DNA from: Bdellovibrionales bacterium
GTDB lineage: Bacteria; Bdellovibrionota; Bdellovibrionia; Bdellovibrionales; UBA1609
NCBI GenBank assembly: GCA_965247685.1
Contig: OZ252021.1
Span: 1,202,082 to 1,266,081 of the forward strand
Reading direction: 5' to 3'
Length of the DNA stretch: 64,000 bases
A program made the position numbers and the translations under genes. Under the pieces are notes generated by a model that saw only the letters and a program-made list of their open reading frames with translations, ran no database searches and was not told the origin of the DNA. The number at the start of each line of letters is the position of its first letter. Positions within the stretch are counted from its first letter, which is position 1. Positions 30,374 to 39,575 of the stretch are shown in pieces.

Positions 30374-31123
30374 TTAATTATCCTTGACTGGCAAAGAACT
30401 AAAAACACGATCCCGTCGAATCGTCCACGGATAGCAAAGTAAAGGCAAATTAAATAGTGTTTTTTCACAACTAAGCCAAATACCCACAGCCTGCCCCATA
30501 AGATTTTCTACAGGCAAAACTCCCCAATAACGACTATCTTCTGAATTATTCCTATTGTCTCCCATAACAAATAAAGAACCTTCTGGAACGACCCAATCAT
30601 ACTTTTGATCAAGAGAATAAGATTTTTTCCACAACACACGATAAGACATATTACCCTGAGTTTCTAAAAACATATTATAACGACGAATATCATCTCCTAT
30701 ATCTTCACTGGAAACAGGATAAAACGAATCATGACTGTTGAGTTTTTCGAGAAAAACAGATTGATCATTGATCCAAATTTGATTTCCTAAAAGTTTAATC
30801 TGATCTCCTGGGCGAGCTACAACCCTTTTCACCATAAAATAGTCTGCTGTAACCGAACGAAAGACCACAATATCCCCTCGTGCAGGAGCTTCACTTTTCC
30901 ATAACCATCTTTTCGTAAAAGGAATCCGAAGTCCATAAGGGTATTTTTTCACTACAATATGATCAAACACTAAAAAAGTCGGCACCATACTGCTCGAAGG
31001 AATGACATAGTGATCAAATCCAATCCAACGGAAAATCAAAACAAGTAAAACTATACTCCAAAAAATGGGGCCACTCTTTAATTGATTCCAAAAATATCGA
31101 TTTATTTTTCTTAGAATATTCAT
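30374..31123 (-). CDS. lepB: signal peptidase I
   Basis: Catalytic boxes are intact: IPSSSMVPT (Ser), FMVKRVVARPGD (Lys) and GDNRNNSEDSRYWG. Confidence 0.9.
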   Translation of the reverse strand: MNILRKINRYFWNQLKSGPIFWSIVLLVLIFRWIGFDHYVIPSSSMVPTFLVFDHIVVKKYPYGLRIPFTKRWLWKSEAPARGDIVVFRSVTADYFMVKRVVARPGDQIKLLGNQIWINDQSVFLEKLNSHDSFYPVSSEDIGDDIRRYNMFLETQGNMSYRVLWKKSYSLDQKYDWVVPEGSLFVMGDNRNNSEDSRYWGVLPVENLMGQAVGIWLSCEKTLFNLPLLCYPWTIRRDRVFSSLPVKDN

Positions 31124-31168
31124 AAGATTCCTTCTATAATTTATTGATTTTACTAAATAAATTAAGTT

Positions 31169-32200
31169 TTACTTTATATGTTTTTTTGAAGATGCTTTGT
31201 GAACTGACCATAATAAACGTCCCTCTCTAGAGGAATTAAACTGACACAAAAAATTCAAAACAGGAAGTGTTTTCTCACATCCCCAAACAATTTGAAAGGC
31301 TCGACCGTAAAAAGATTGAAAAGGAACAACACTCTGATCGAATCCTCCAGAAAAAGAACTTGAATTATAAACGTTTAAAACAGAATAAAGTGAACCTTCT
31401 AAACTCCACTTCACACCCTTTGGAATATTTCCTCTAAATCCAGCCTCCTTCGATCGAACAGGGACTGAAACATTTCTTTTAGTCAGCCTTGCACTCTGAG
31501 TAGTTGTGAAAAAAACTGGAAAATACGGATCAACAATAGCTTTGAGAGTTGTACTTTGAGGAATAATAAATTCTTTGTTTGAATTTTCATCTTTTCTTTT
31601 AAATACCACCTGTCCTTGAGCATATTTTTTATTGGACGGCCAAAAACGAGAATCTTGAGCAAGGCTGCGATGATCACCCATAACAAAATAATGCCCTTTG
31701 GGAACTTTATAAGGACCAAAAGAAAGATTCTGATCTTTTTGAGTTAAAATACTATAAGGCCCTGCCGCAAGTTCTTCTTGCCAATGCACATAATAATTTC
31801 TCCACTGAAGATCTCCCGTAAAATCACCGTCTCTTAAAAAATCCCATTCTTTTTGAACTAAGTCAGGAGTTAAAGCTCGATGCATTTTTTCGTTAATGAA
31901 AAGCACTCCATCAGAGTAAAACAATCGATCTCCAGGTAAAGCCATTACACGACGAAAAACTAATGGATAAGGAGGATGAGGAGCTTTCATTAAAATCACC
32001 TCACCTCTTTGAGGAGCACTCCATCTCCACAAGTAAACAGAAGTTCCAGGAATACGAATTCCATATCGCCATTTTTGCACCCACAGATAATCATTTTTTA
32101 ATAAAGTGGGAGCCATATCCGAAGAAGAAACTTGATAAAACTCTAAAATAAAAATCCTAAAAAGAATTGCAAAAAAAATAAAAATTAATCCGTACTTCAT
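31169..32200 (-). CDS. signal peptidase I paralogue with substituted catalytic dyad (probable non-catalytic homologue)
   Basis: Clear LepB fold motifs are present (..MAPTLL.., ..RRVMALPGD.., GDHRSLAQDSRFW). The Ser position reads Asp (VSSSDMAPT) and the Lys position reads Arg (VFRRV). There is a ~100-aa insertion after box E. It shares the C-terminal CEKTL..L..LC motif with lepB. Confidence 0.75.
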   Translation of the reverse strand: MKYGLIFIFFAILFRIFILEFYQVSSSDMAPTLLKNDYLWVQKWRYGIRIPGTSVYLWRWSAPQRGEVILMKAPHPPYPLVFRRVMALPGDRLFYSDGVLFINEKMHRALTPDLVQKEWDFLRDGDFTGDLQWRNYYVHWQEELAAGPYSILTQKDQNLSFGPYKVPKGHYFVMGDHRSLAQDSRFWPSNKKYAQGQVVFKRKDENSNKEFIIPQSTTLKAIVDPYFPVFFTTTQSARLTKRNVSVPVRSKEAGFRGNIPKGVKWSLEGSLYSVLNVYNSSSFSGGFDQSVVPFQSFYGRAFQIVWGCEKTLPVLNFLCQFNSSREGRLLWSVHKASSKKHIK

Positions 32201-33999
32201 TATGAATTCTTCAAAACAGCCATAAATGCTTCTTGTGGAATAGATACCTGCCCCACTTCTTTCATCCTTTTCTTTCCCTTTTTTTGTTTTTCTAAAAGTT
32301 TTCTCTTACGAGTCACATCTCCACCATAAAGTTTAGCTGTCACATCTTTTCGAAAAGCACGAATAGTTTCTCGTGCGAGCACTCTTCCGCCAATCGCAGC
32401 CTGCAAGGCGATAGGAAATTGTTTTCTCGGTATAATTTCCTTTAATTTTTTTACAATTTGTCTTCCTTTATATTCCGATTTATCTTTGTGAAGAATAGTG
32501 GATAGAGCATCTATTTTTTCACTATTTAAAAGAATATCCAAAAGAACAAGCTTGGCCTCCTGATAACCTGACCATTCGTACTCCATGGAAGCATAACCTT
32601 TAGAAACAGACTTCAACTGATCATGAAAATCCGTCACAACCTCCGCAAGAGGTATATTGTATTCAATGATCACTCGATCCGCTGTTGAGTATTCCATACG
32701 CACCTGCTCTCCTCTTCCATCCTCGCAAAGTTTAAAAACTCCTCCAATATGATCGGATGGAGTGTGAATAGTCAGACGAACCATCGGTTCAGTAATTTTG
32801 TCAATTTTAGAAAGATCGGGAAGATGAGAAGGGTTTTCCACTTCTTCCATTTCACCATTGGTCAAATACACTTGATACACCACGCTGGGCGCTGTCACAA
32901 TCAGATTGAGGTCAAACTCTCTTTCCAACCGCTCTTGTACAATTTCTAAGTGAAGTAAACCTAAAAACCCACAACGAAAACCAAAACCTAAAGCTGGGGA
33001 ACTATCCATTTCATAAGTTAAAGCCGAGTCATTCAGGGATAGTTTTTCCAGAGATTTTCTGAGTAAAGCAAAATCACTCGCATCTACAGGATACACTCCG
33101 GAGTACACCATTGGCTTCACTTTTTTAAATCCTTTAAGGGGCTCTGTTGCAGGATTTTCTTTGTAAGTCATCGTATCTCCAACTCGAATTTGTTTAATAT
33201 CTTTGACTCCAGAAATAACAAACCCTACCTCTCCAGTGTGAAGTTTCTTTTTTTCTACAGGATAAGGGGAAAATATGCCCATCTTAAGAACTTCACATTC
33301 TAAGCCTGTCCCCATAAACACGATAGAATCTCCTTTAGAAATATTTCCGTCTTTAACTCGACAAAGCGACACCACTCCTTGGTAAGAATCAAACCAAGAA
33401 TCAAAAATCAAGGCTCTTAAAACTGAACTCTTTTTTGAAGTTTGAGGTGAAGGAACTCTTTGGACAACAGCAGATAAAACAGCTTCCAAACCTACTTGAT
33501 TTTTAGCACTGATTTCTAAAATTTCATCTTCATGAAAACCTATGAGATCACAAAGCTGTTGCTTAATTTCTTCAACACGTGCAGAAGGAAGGTCTACTTT
33601 ATTCAAAACAGGAATCAGTTTTAAATTGTTTTCGATCGCTAGGTGAGCATGAGCTAAAGTTTGAGCTTCCACTCCTTGACTCGCATCTACAACAAGTAAA
33701 ACCCCTTCGCATGCACTCAAAGATCGAGAAACTTCATAAGAAAAATCGACATGCCCAGGGGTATCAATCAGATTGAGCTGATATATTTGTCCATCAGTAT
33801 GTTTATAATGCAAACACACCGTTTGTGCTTTAATGGTAATCCCTCTTTCTCGTTCAATATCCATACTATCTAGGAACTGAGATTTTTTATCTCTTTCCTG
33901 AATAGCCTGAGTGATATCCATCAACCCATCCGCCAGTGTGGACTTACCGTGATCAATGTGAGCGATGATAGAAAAATTTCGAATGTATTTCAGTTCCAT
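32200..33999 (-). CDS. lepA: elongation factor 4
   Basis: NFSIIAHIDHGKSTLAD, DTPGHVDF and NKVD GTPase motifs. LepA-specific C-terminal domain. 599 aa. Confidence 0.97.
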   Translation of the reverse strand: MELKYIRNFSIIAHIDHGKSTLADGLMDITQAIQERDKKSQFLDSMDIERERGITIKAQTVCLHYKHTDGQIYQLNLIDTPGHVDFSYEVSRSLSACEGVLLVVDASQGVEAQTLAHAHLAIENNLKLIPVLNKVDLPSARVEEIKQQLCDLIGFHEDEILEISAKNQVGLEAVLSAVVQRVPSPQTSKKSSVLRALIFDSWFDSYQGVVSLCRVKDGNISKGDSIVFMGTGLECEVLKMGIFSPYPVEKKKLHTGEVGFVISGVKDIKQIRVGDTMTYKENPATEPLKGFKKVKPMVYSGVYPVDASDFALLRKSLEKLSLNDSALTYEMDSSPALGFGFRCGFLGLLHLEIVQERLEREFDLNLIVTAPSVVYQVYLTNGEMEEVENPSHLPDLSKIDKITEPMVRLTIHTPSDHIGGVFKLCEDGRGEQVRMEYSTADRVIIEYNIPLAEVVTDFHDQLKSVSKGYASMEYEWSGYQEAKLVLLDILLNSEKIDALSTILHKDKSEYKGRQIVKKLKEIIPRKQFPIALQAAIGGRVLARETIRAFRKDVTAKLYGGDVTRKRKLLEKQKKGKKRMKEVGQVSIPQEAFMAVLKNS

Positions 34000-34029
34000 A
34001 ACTTTAATAATTTACATTGTTTATTTTTT

Positions 34030-34485
34030 ATGATTCAATCTCTATTGTATATGATTCGTTTTTTTATACTTATTTTTTCATCTTGGGTGCTGTTTTCTTG
34101 TTCTTCTAACCCTAAAAATAACCCTTTTCAACTTCTTTGGCCTACAGACAAAAAAACTATTTCAAAGGATTACTCTGGCTCCCATGACGGTATCGATATT
34201 GCCGTCTTCTCAGGCACTCCTGTTTATGCTGCACATAAAGGGAAGATAGAATACTCTGGGTATTCTACAACTTATGGATATTATGTGATTATTGAATTCT
34301 CTGAACAGTGGGCAACACTTTATGCCCATTTAAATAAAATTTTGGTGCAAAAAGGAGAAACAGTGCAGCCTAGACAAAAGATCGGTCTTTCTGGAGCTAC
34401 AGGCGTCGTATCTGGAGCTCATCTTCATTTCGAGTTGTTTAAAAATAAGAAAAATGTTAATCCTTTTTCTTACCTTAAAAAATAA
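34030..34485 (+). CDS. M23-family (LytM-type) peptidase lipoprotein
   Basis: Lipoprotein-like signal ..IFSSWVLFSC, plus HDGIDIA and GAHLHFEL metal-binding motifs. I place the start at ATG 34030 (34051 also possible). The ORF-track start at 33949 lies inside lepA. Confidence 0.85.
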   Translation: MIQSLLYMIRFFILIFSSWVLFSCSSNPKNNPFQLLWPTDKKTISKDYSGSHDGIDIAVFSGTPVYAAHKGKIEYSGYSTTYGYYVIIEFSEQWATLYAHLNKILVQKGETVQPRQKIGLSGATGVVSGAHLHFELFKNKKNVNPFSYLKK

Positions 34486-34537
34486 CTATGTCTCCATATC
34501 CTTGTAATAGAGCATAATAATAGGACGTATACTTTCT

Positions 34538-36016
34538 ATGAAAAATTTTAATATAAAAAACTTTAATATAAAAAAATTTTATACAATTTCTTTACTGCAA
34601 ATTTTATTGTATATAGCCATCATCCCTTTTGCAAATGCAAAAACATGGAGCCTTGATGATGTGATCATCACAGCACTCAAGCAAAGCTACCCTTCTCAAA
34701 TTATTAAAAGCCAAAAAAATTCGGATGAATGGATGAAAACGCAGGCTTTAGCGGAATATGACCTAATGGCAATCTTCAAAGGTCAATACCCACAAGATGT
34801 TCAAAACATATCACCTAACAAGATGTTTGGGGATTACTCCTACATTTTGCAAAAAAAATGGTTTACAGGTTCGCAAATACGAACTGTTTATTGCTATAGC
34901 TATGGTATTTCTCATTGTGGATCGCCTTTTACAGGATCTTTTACTCCCCCTTCTCTCACCTCGCCCTCTTCTTTTTATTTCAATAAATTTTCATTTCAAA
35001 TGGAACAAAGTTTACTGAGAAACTTTTTTGGTCGAGAAGATCGTCTAAAAATCAAAGAGGTTCATTCTCGTTATAAAAGTATAGTCCTCAGTCGAAAAGA
35101 AGATACTAAAAAACTAATTTTATCTGCGGCTCAAAACTTTTGGAATGCCTACACAGCTTACACTAGTTGGAGGCAGGCTCAACTGCAAACAAAATATTAT
35201 AAAAAATTGGTTATACTAGCTAAAAGAAAGAAAAGTCTTGGTCATATTATGCCAGGGGAACTTCCTCAAATTCAATCTCAATATGAACGAGCATTAAAGT
35301 TTCAAAATACTACTCATACTCAATGGAAAAACTCATCTTTACTTCTTCAATCTTTTTTACAAATTGAATCCTCAAAAATTCAATTCAAAAAACCAAAACA
35401 TCTTTTGATGCCGTCTTTTAAGGAGTACGATTCCAATTCATTCAACGCAGTTCAAGTAGCTCGTCATCACTACGACTCTGTCACTGCAAATATTCAATCT
35501 AAAAAGTATTACTACCTTCCTTATTTAAAATTCAAAGCCCAAGCAGATTATTCTGGTCAAGATCCTCGAAGTATGAAGCAAGCATTTGAACAGGCTAAAA
35601 TAGGAAATCAAAAATTCTACACATTAGGATTAGAACTCGTTTACCCCATCCCTACAACCATTTCGGGGCTTCGAACATTTCGCAGTCTGAAATATAAACA
35701 AAAAGAATATGATTTAGAACTTCTTCAAACAAAAGAAAAAATTAAAAATCAATTACAAATATTATGGAATACAGTTAAAAATTCTCAATCAGCAATGAAG
35801 ACGGCTATTCATGTCACTCAGTTACAAAACCAAGCCTTAAGAGAAATACAAAAATCTTATGAACAAGGTCGTTTATCTATCAATGATCTGATCTCAGCAC
35901 AAGATCGAAAAATACAAGTAGAGCTTGAAAAAATAAAATCTCAAAAAGATTATGATCTTGCAGTTATTCAATATTTATCTCTGACAGATCAACTGATTCA
36001 AAGGTATCGTTCATGA
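34538..36016 (+). CDS. TolC-like outer-membrane efflux protein
   Basis: 492 aa with a signal peptide, long helical repeat halves typical of outer-membrane factor proteins and a 4-nt overlap with the RND gene. Confidence 0.65.
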   Translation: MKNFNIKNFNIKKFYTISLLQILLYIAIIPFANAKTWSLDDVIITALKQSYPSQIIKSQKNSDEWMKTQALAEYDLMAIFKGQYPQDVQNISPNKMFGDYSYILQKKWFTGSQIRTVYCYSYGISHCGSPFTGSFTPPSLTSPSSFYFNKFSFQMEQSLLRNFFGREDRLKIKEVHSRYKSIVLSRKEDTKKLILSAAQNFWNAYTAYTSWRQAQLQTKYYKKLVILAKRKKSLGHIMPGELPQIQSQYERALKFQNTTHTQWKNSSLLLQSFLQIESSKIQFKKPKHLLMPSFKEYDSNSFNAVQVARHHYDSVTANIQSKKYYYLPYLKFKAQADYSGQDPRSMKQAFEQAKIGNQKFYTLGLELVYPIPTTISGLRTFRSLKYKQKEYDLELLQTKEKIKNQLQILWNTVKNSQSAMKTAIHVTQLQNQALREIQKSYEQGRLSINDLISAQDRKIQVELEKIKSQKDYDLAVIQYLSLTDQLIQRYRS

Positions 36017-39000
36017 ATTCTTGTTTTAATTTTTTTATCAAAAATCCAAAACTGACTTCTGTTTTAACAATTACTATACTGGTAATGGGGTTTTTAGGTT
36101 TAAGAAGTTTAAGAAGAGAAACACGCCCCGCTGTAGACTTTGCCCGTGTGATCATCACAACACACTTTCCAGGAGCTTCAGCTCAAGAAGTAGAAGAGCA
36201 GGTCACTTTAAAAATTGAAGAACAGATTCGAACAGTAGACGGCATCAAAGAATCCCGCTCTCTTTCAGCTCATGGTATGAGTAATCTCACCATATTTATT
36301 GATTTAGATAATGTGAATACCTTAGATGTAGTGGATGAATTACAAAGAGCCTTGTCTAAAGTTAAAGATCTTCCTTCCAGTTTACTAGATGATCCTTATT
36401 TTTTTCATCTTAAAGCTAAAGAAATTCCAATTCTCAAAGTTCTTATTAAGGGCGATAACTCTCAAAGAAAAAGAGATGAACTTGCATTTCAACTGAAAAC
36501 ATTTTTAGAAAGAGACTCTGGAATAGCAAACATTCAAATGTCTGGTTATAAACCAAGAGAATTTAAAGTTATTTTAAATCCTGAAAAACTGAATGAACAC
36601 CATGTATCCGTCAACGAAGTCGCTCAGGCCGTAACTTACTATGCGAAAGATATTTCAGCCGGAGTTCTTCGTTCTTCTTCTCATATTTATCAAGTGAATT
36701 TTTTTACTCAACTCAAAGATGTCAAAAAAATGGAAAACATTATCATTCGCTCTAATTTTTCTGGAAAAAAAATTCTATTAAAAGATTTAGGGCGAGTGGA
36801 AGACAGCCACGAAGAAGCCACAGAAATAATTCGCTTCAATAACAAACCCACCACCTACTTAACTATCGCAAAAAAAGAAAAAGAAGATTCTATTACTCTT
36901 TCTAATCGAATTAAAGAGCTTCTCAAAAAATACCCTTTACCTGAGGGTTATCAAGTTCAGGTTTACGATAATGAAGCCGAGAATACAGAGCGGCAACTTG
37001 GTATCGTGTGGAATAATGCATGGGTGGGAATGGCTTTGGTTTTAGCTATACTCCTCCTTCTTCTTCCAGGCAACCTAGGGTTTTTATCGGCGCTCAGTTT
37101 ACCTATCTCTATATTGGGAACTATTGCCATTTGTTCTGCATTTGATATTACATTTAATACCATTACCATGCTGGCATTTATTATTTGCATTGGTATGCTA
37201 GTGGATAATGCAGTAGTTATTAGTGAAAATTATGCCCGCCTTCGATTAGATCAGTTTTCAAATCAAGAAGCAGCCCTTAAATCCGTAATGCAGCTTTATA
37301 AACCTGTAACAGCAACTGTACTCACCACAATTTCAGCATTTCTCCCTATGCTCGTCACTCAGGGGATTATGGGGCAGTTTATTATGTGGATTCCTATTAC
37401 GGTGTCTGTGGCGCTCATGGTAAACTTATTTGATGCCTTTTTACTTCTCCCCTCTCGTCTACAATTCACAATTAGAAAAAATACGAATAAAATTAGTCGT
37501 ATTCAAAATCAATTTCAAATCCTAACGAATCAATTCTCACAATTTATCTCGTTTTGTATTCATAGACGCTATCTCTCTTTTTCCATTCTTTTTGGAATGA
37601 TCATTGCAAGCCTTTGGATAAATGCTCGTTGGAATGAATTTATTTTATTTCCGAAAGATAATGTCCGGAAGTTTTATATTTATTACGAAACTAAACCTGG
37701 AACTTCCGTGGAACAAACGGATCAATGGGTGGAGTCTTTAACAGATCAAGTATTAAACAAAGTAGAAATGGATGAAATTAAAGGTCTTCTCACTCAATCT
37801 GGAGGGCAAGGGCACGCTTTTTTTTCCAAAGGAAAAAGTGGTGAAAATACAGGAGAGATGTGGCTTCTTGTAAAGGATGATTCTAAGTACAGAACTCAAC
37901 CTATGGCTTTATTGAAAAAACTAAGAACTATTAAGGATGATAAGTTTGAAATTTTACGATTTGATGTTCAAGCCGGAGGGCCTCCTGTCGGTCAAGCTCT
38001 TCACTTAGTACTCACTTCATTTAATCGAAAAGAACTTAAGCAATACGTTGAAGAATTAGAGTCAAAGCTTTCTAAAATTCCAGGAATTATCGAACTGGAA
38101 AATGATTGGGTGACAACGGGACCAGAGTATCACATTCAACCTCGAACAGATCGCCTTGCAGAATTGAAACTTAATCCCACCTTATTAGGACAAACTCTAC
38201 AAATGGCTTTAAAAGGCTATATTGCCGGTGAATTTGTAGACCAAGGAGAAACTTTCTATATGCGTGTTTACTATGATGATCGTGTGCGGGCAAATATGGA
38301 CTTATTAAAACAAACAAAAATTCAAACCCCAACCGGATCTTTAATTCCTTTAAGTGAGGTGATTCAAGTGAATTATCGTCCTCAAGGCAACCCCATTAGG
38401 AAAAGATACGACTTTCAACCTTCCGTAGAAGTGCAAGCTAAAGTTCAAAAAGGTTTGATAAACTCCTATCAGGCAAATGCAAAAGCTTCCAAAATTATTG
38501 AAAAAATGAAAAAAAAATACCCTTCTGTTTCTCACACTTTTCTTGGAGAAAATAGAAGTAGTAAAGAATCTATGGAGTCTTTGAGATCGGCAATGGTTCT
38601 TGCTTCCTTCGGCATTTTTATTATTCTTTTGATTATGTTTAGAGGATTCATGGTATCAACTCTTGCTCTCAGCTCGATTGGCTTAGGTCTTATTGGCGTC
38701 AGCCTTGCATTTGCCCTTCATCAACGACCTTTATCTTTTCTAGCTATGGTGGGTATTGTCGGCTTAACGGGTGTGATGATTAATTCGTCCATCATTCTTT
38801 TGAGTTTTATTGAAGACACCAAAAAGCAATTTTCAGATATGTCGATACACGATGTTTTAGTTCAATCTGCTCGTTTTCGATTTAAGCCCATTGTGATTAC
38901 AACATTTACTACAGTGTGCGGACTATTCCCTGCAGCGTATGGTCTAGGGGGGTCTGATCACCTACTAGTGCCAATGACTCTTGCCTTTACTTGGGGGCTT

Positions 39001-39084
39001 TTGAGTGGAAGCTTGCTGACTCTTATTTGGATTCCATGCGGTTATGCCATCATTGAAGACATTAAAAAGAAATTTTTTCATTAA
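36013..39084 (+). CDS. RND-family efflux transporter (AcrB/CzcA superfamily)
   Basis: 1023 aa with 12-TM topology, two large periplasmic loops and conserved TM4-region motifs (AFIICIGMLVDNAVVISEN). Confidence 0.9.
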   Translation: MNSCFNFFIKNPKLTSVLTITILVMGFLGLRSLRRETRPAVDFARVIITTHFPGASAQEVEEQVTLKIEEQIRTVDGIKESRSLSAHGMSNLTIFIDLDNVNTLDVVDELQRALSKVKDLPSSLLDDPYFFHLKAKEIPILKVLIKGDNSQRKRDELAFQLKTFLERDSGIANIQMSGYKPREFKVILNPEKLNEHHVSVNEVAQAVTYYAKDISAGVLRSSSHIYQVNFFTQLKDVKKMENIIIRSNFSGKKILLKDLGRVEDSHEEATEIIRFNNKPTTYLTIAKKEKEDSITLSNRIKELLKKYPLPEGYQVQVYDNEAENTERQLGIVWNNAWVGMALVLAILLLLLPGNLGFLSALSLPISILGTIAICSAFDITFNTITMLAFIICIGMLVDNAVVISENYARLRLDQFSNQEAALKSVMQLYKPVTATVLTTISAFLPMLVTQGIMGQFIMWIPITVSVALMVNLFDAFLLLPSRLQFTIRKNTNKISRIQNQFQILTNQFSQFISFCIHRRYLSFSILFGMIIASLWINARWNEFILFPKDNVRKFYIYYETKPGTSVEQTDQWVESLTDQVLNKVEMDEIKGLLTQSGGQGHAFFSKGKSGENTGEMWLLVKDDSKYRTQPMALLKKLRTIKDDKFEILRFDVQAGGPPVGQALHLVLTSFNRKELKQYVEELESKLSKIPGIIELENDWVTTGPEYHIQPRTDRLAELKLNPTLLGQTLQMALKGYIAGEFVDQGETFYMRVYYDDRVRANMDLLKQTKIQTPTGSLIPLSEVIQVNYRPQGNPIRKRYDFQPSVEVQAKVQKGLINSYQANAKASKIIEKMKKKYPSVSHTFLGENRSSKESMESLRSAMVLASFGIFIILLIMFRGFMVSTLALSSIGLGLIGVSLAFALHQRPLSFLAMVGIVGLTGVMINSSIILLSFIEDTKKQFSDMSIHDVLVQSARFRFKPIVITTFTTVCGLFPAAYGLGGSDHLLVPMTLAFTWGLLSGSLLTLIWIPCGYAIIEDIKKKFFH

Positions 39085-39244
39085 TCACCTTCAGCATTCT
39101 GCAATGTAGTAAAAGTGTCTAAATCTGGACAAAGTGACGAAACTTGAACACTTTTCTCTTCTAAAACTCTTTAAAACATTCCCTATCCATGACCTTCGAT
39201 TTGCCTATTAAAAAGTAAGTTCATTACTTTTTAAAGGAGGAATT

Positions 39245-39460
39245 ATGTTTTATACAGATCAGCTCATTTCTGGCAAATTGGTAAAAAATCTAAAACTATT
39301 TGGACTGAACCCCAATAATTGGAAGATCATTCAAAGTCATCAATCGAACCACTGGTTTATTGTACATAGGAAAAATCAGTCTATCCGATTAAAAGGTATC
39401 TCTTGCTTTAAAGATAGAAATAACCCTTATTGGAAAACTATTGAAATGACCTCATTTTAG
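39245..39460 (+). CDS. small hypothetical protein (71 aa)
   Basis: Strong SD AAAGGAGG at 39233-39240 lies 4 nt before the ATG. Basic and Trp-rich, with no recognised family. Confidence 0.45.
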   Translation: MFYTDQLISGKLVKNLKLFGLNPNNWKIIQSHQSNHWFIVHRKNQSIRLKGISCFKDRNNPYWKTIEMTSF

Positions 39461-39575
39461 GTCGCTATTCATAATAAAATCCCCTAGTCTCAAGCTGTTT
39501 TTTAAAATATCCAGCTCTTAAAATATTCCTTTTTTAAACTTTAAGAAAAAAGTTATTTTTTCCGATAAAGACAGC

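Noticed and set aside
34000-34029. Only 30 bp between the divergent lepA and M23 peptidase starts
   Set aside because: This probably just reflects uncertainty in the peptidase start (34051 is also possible) and promoters embedded in coding sequence. There is nothing further to support a special regulatory element.
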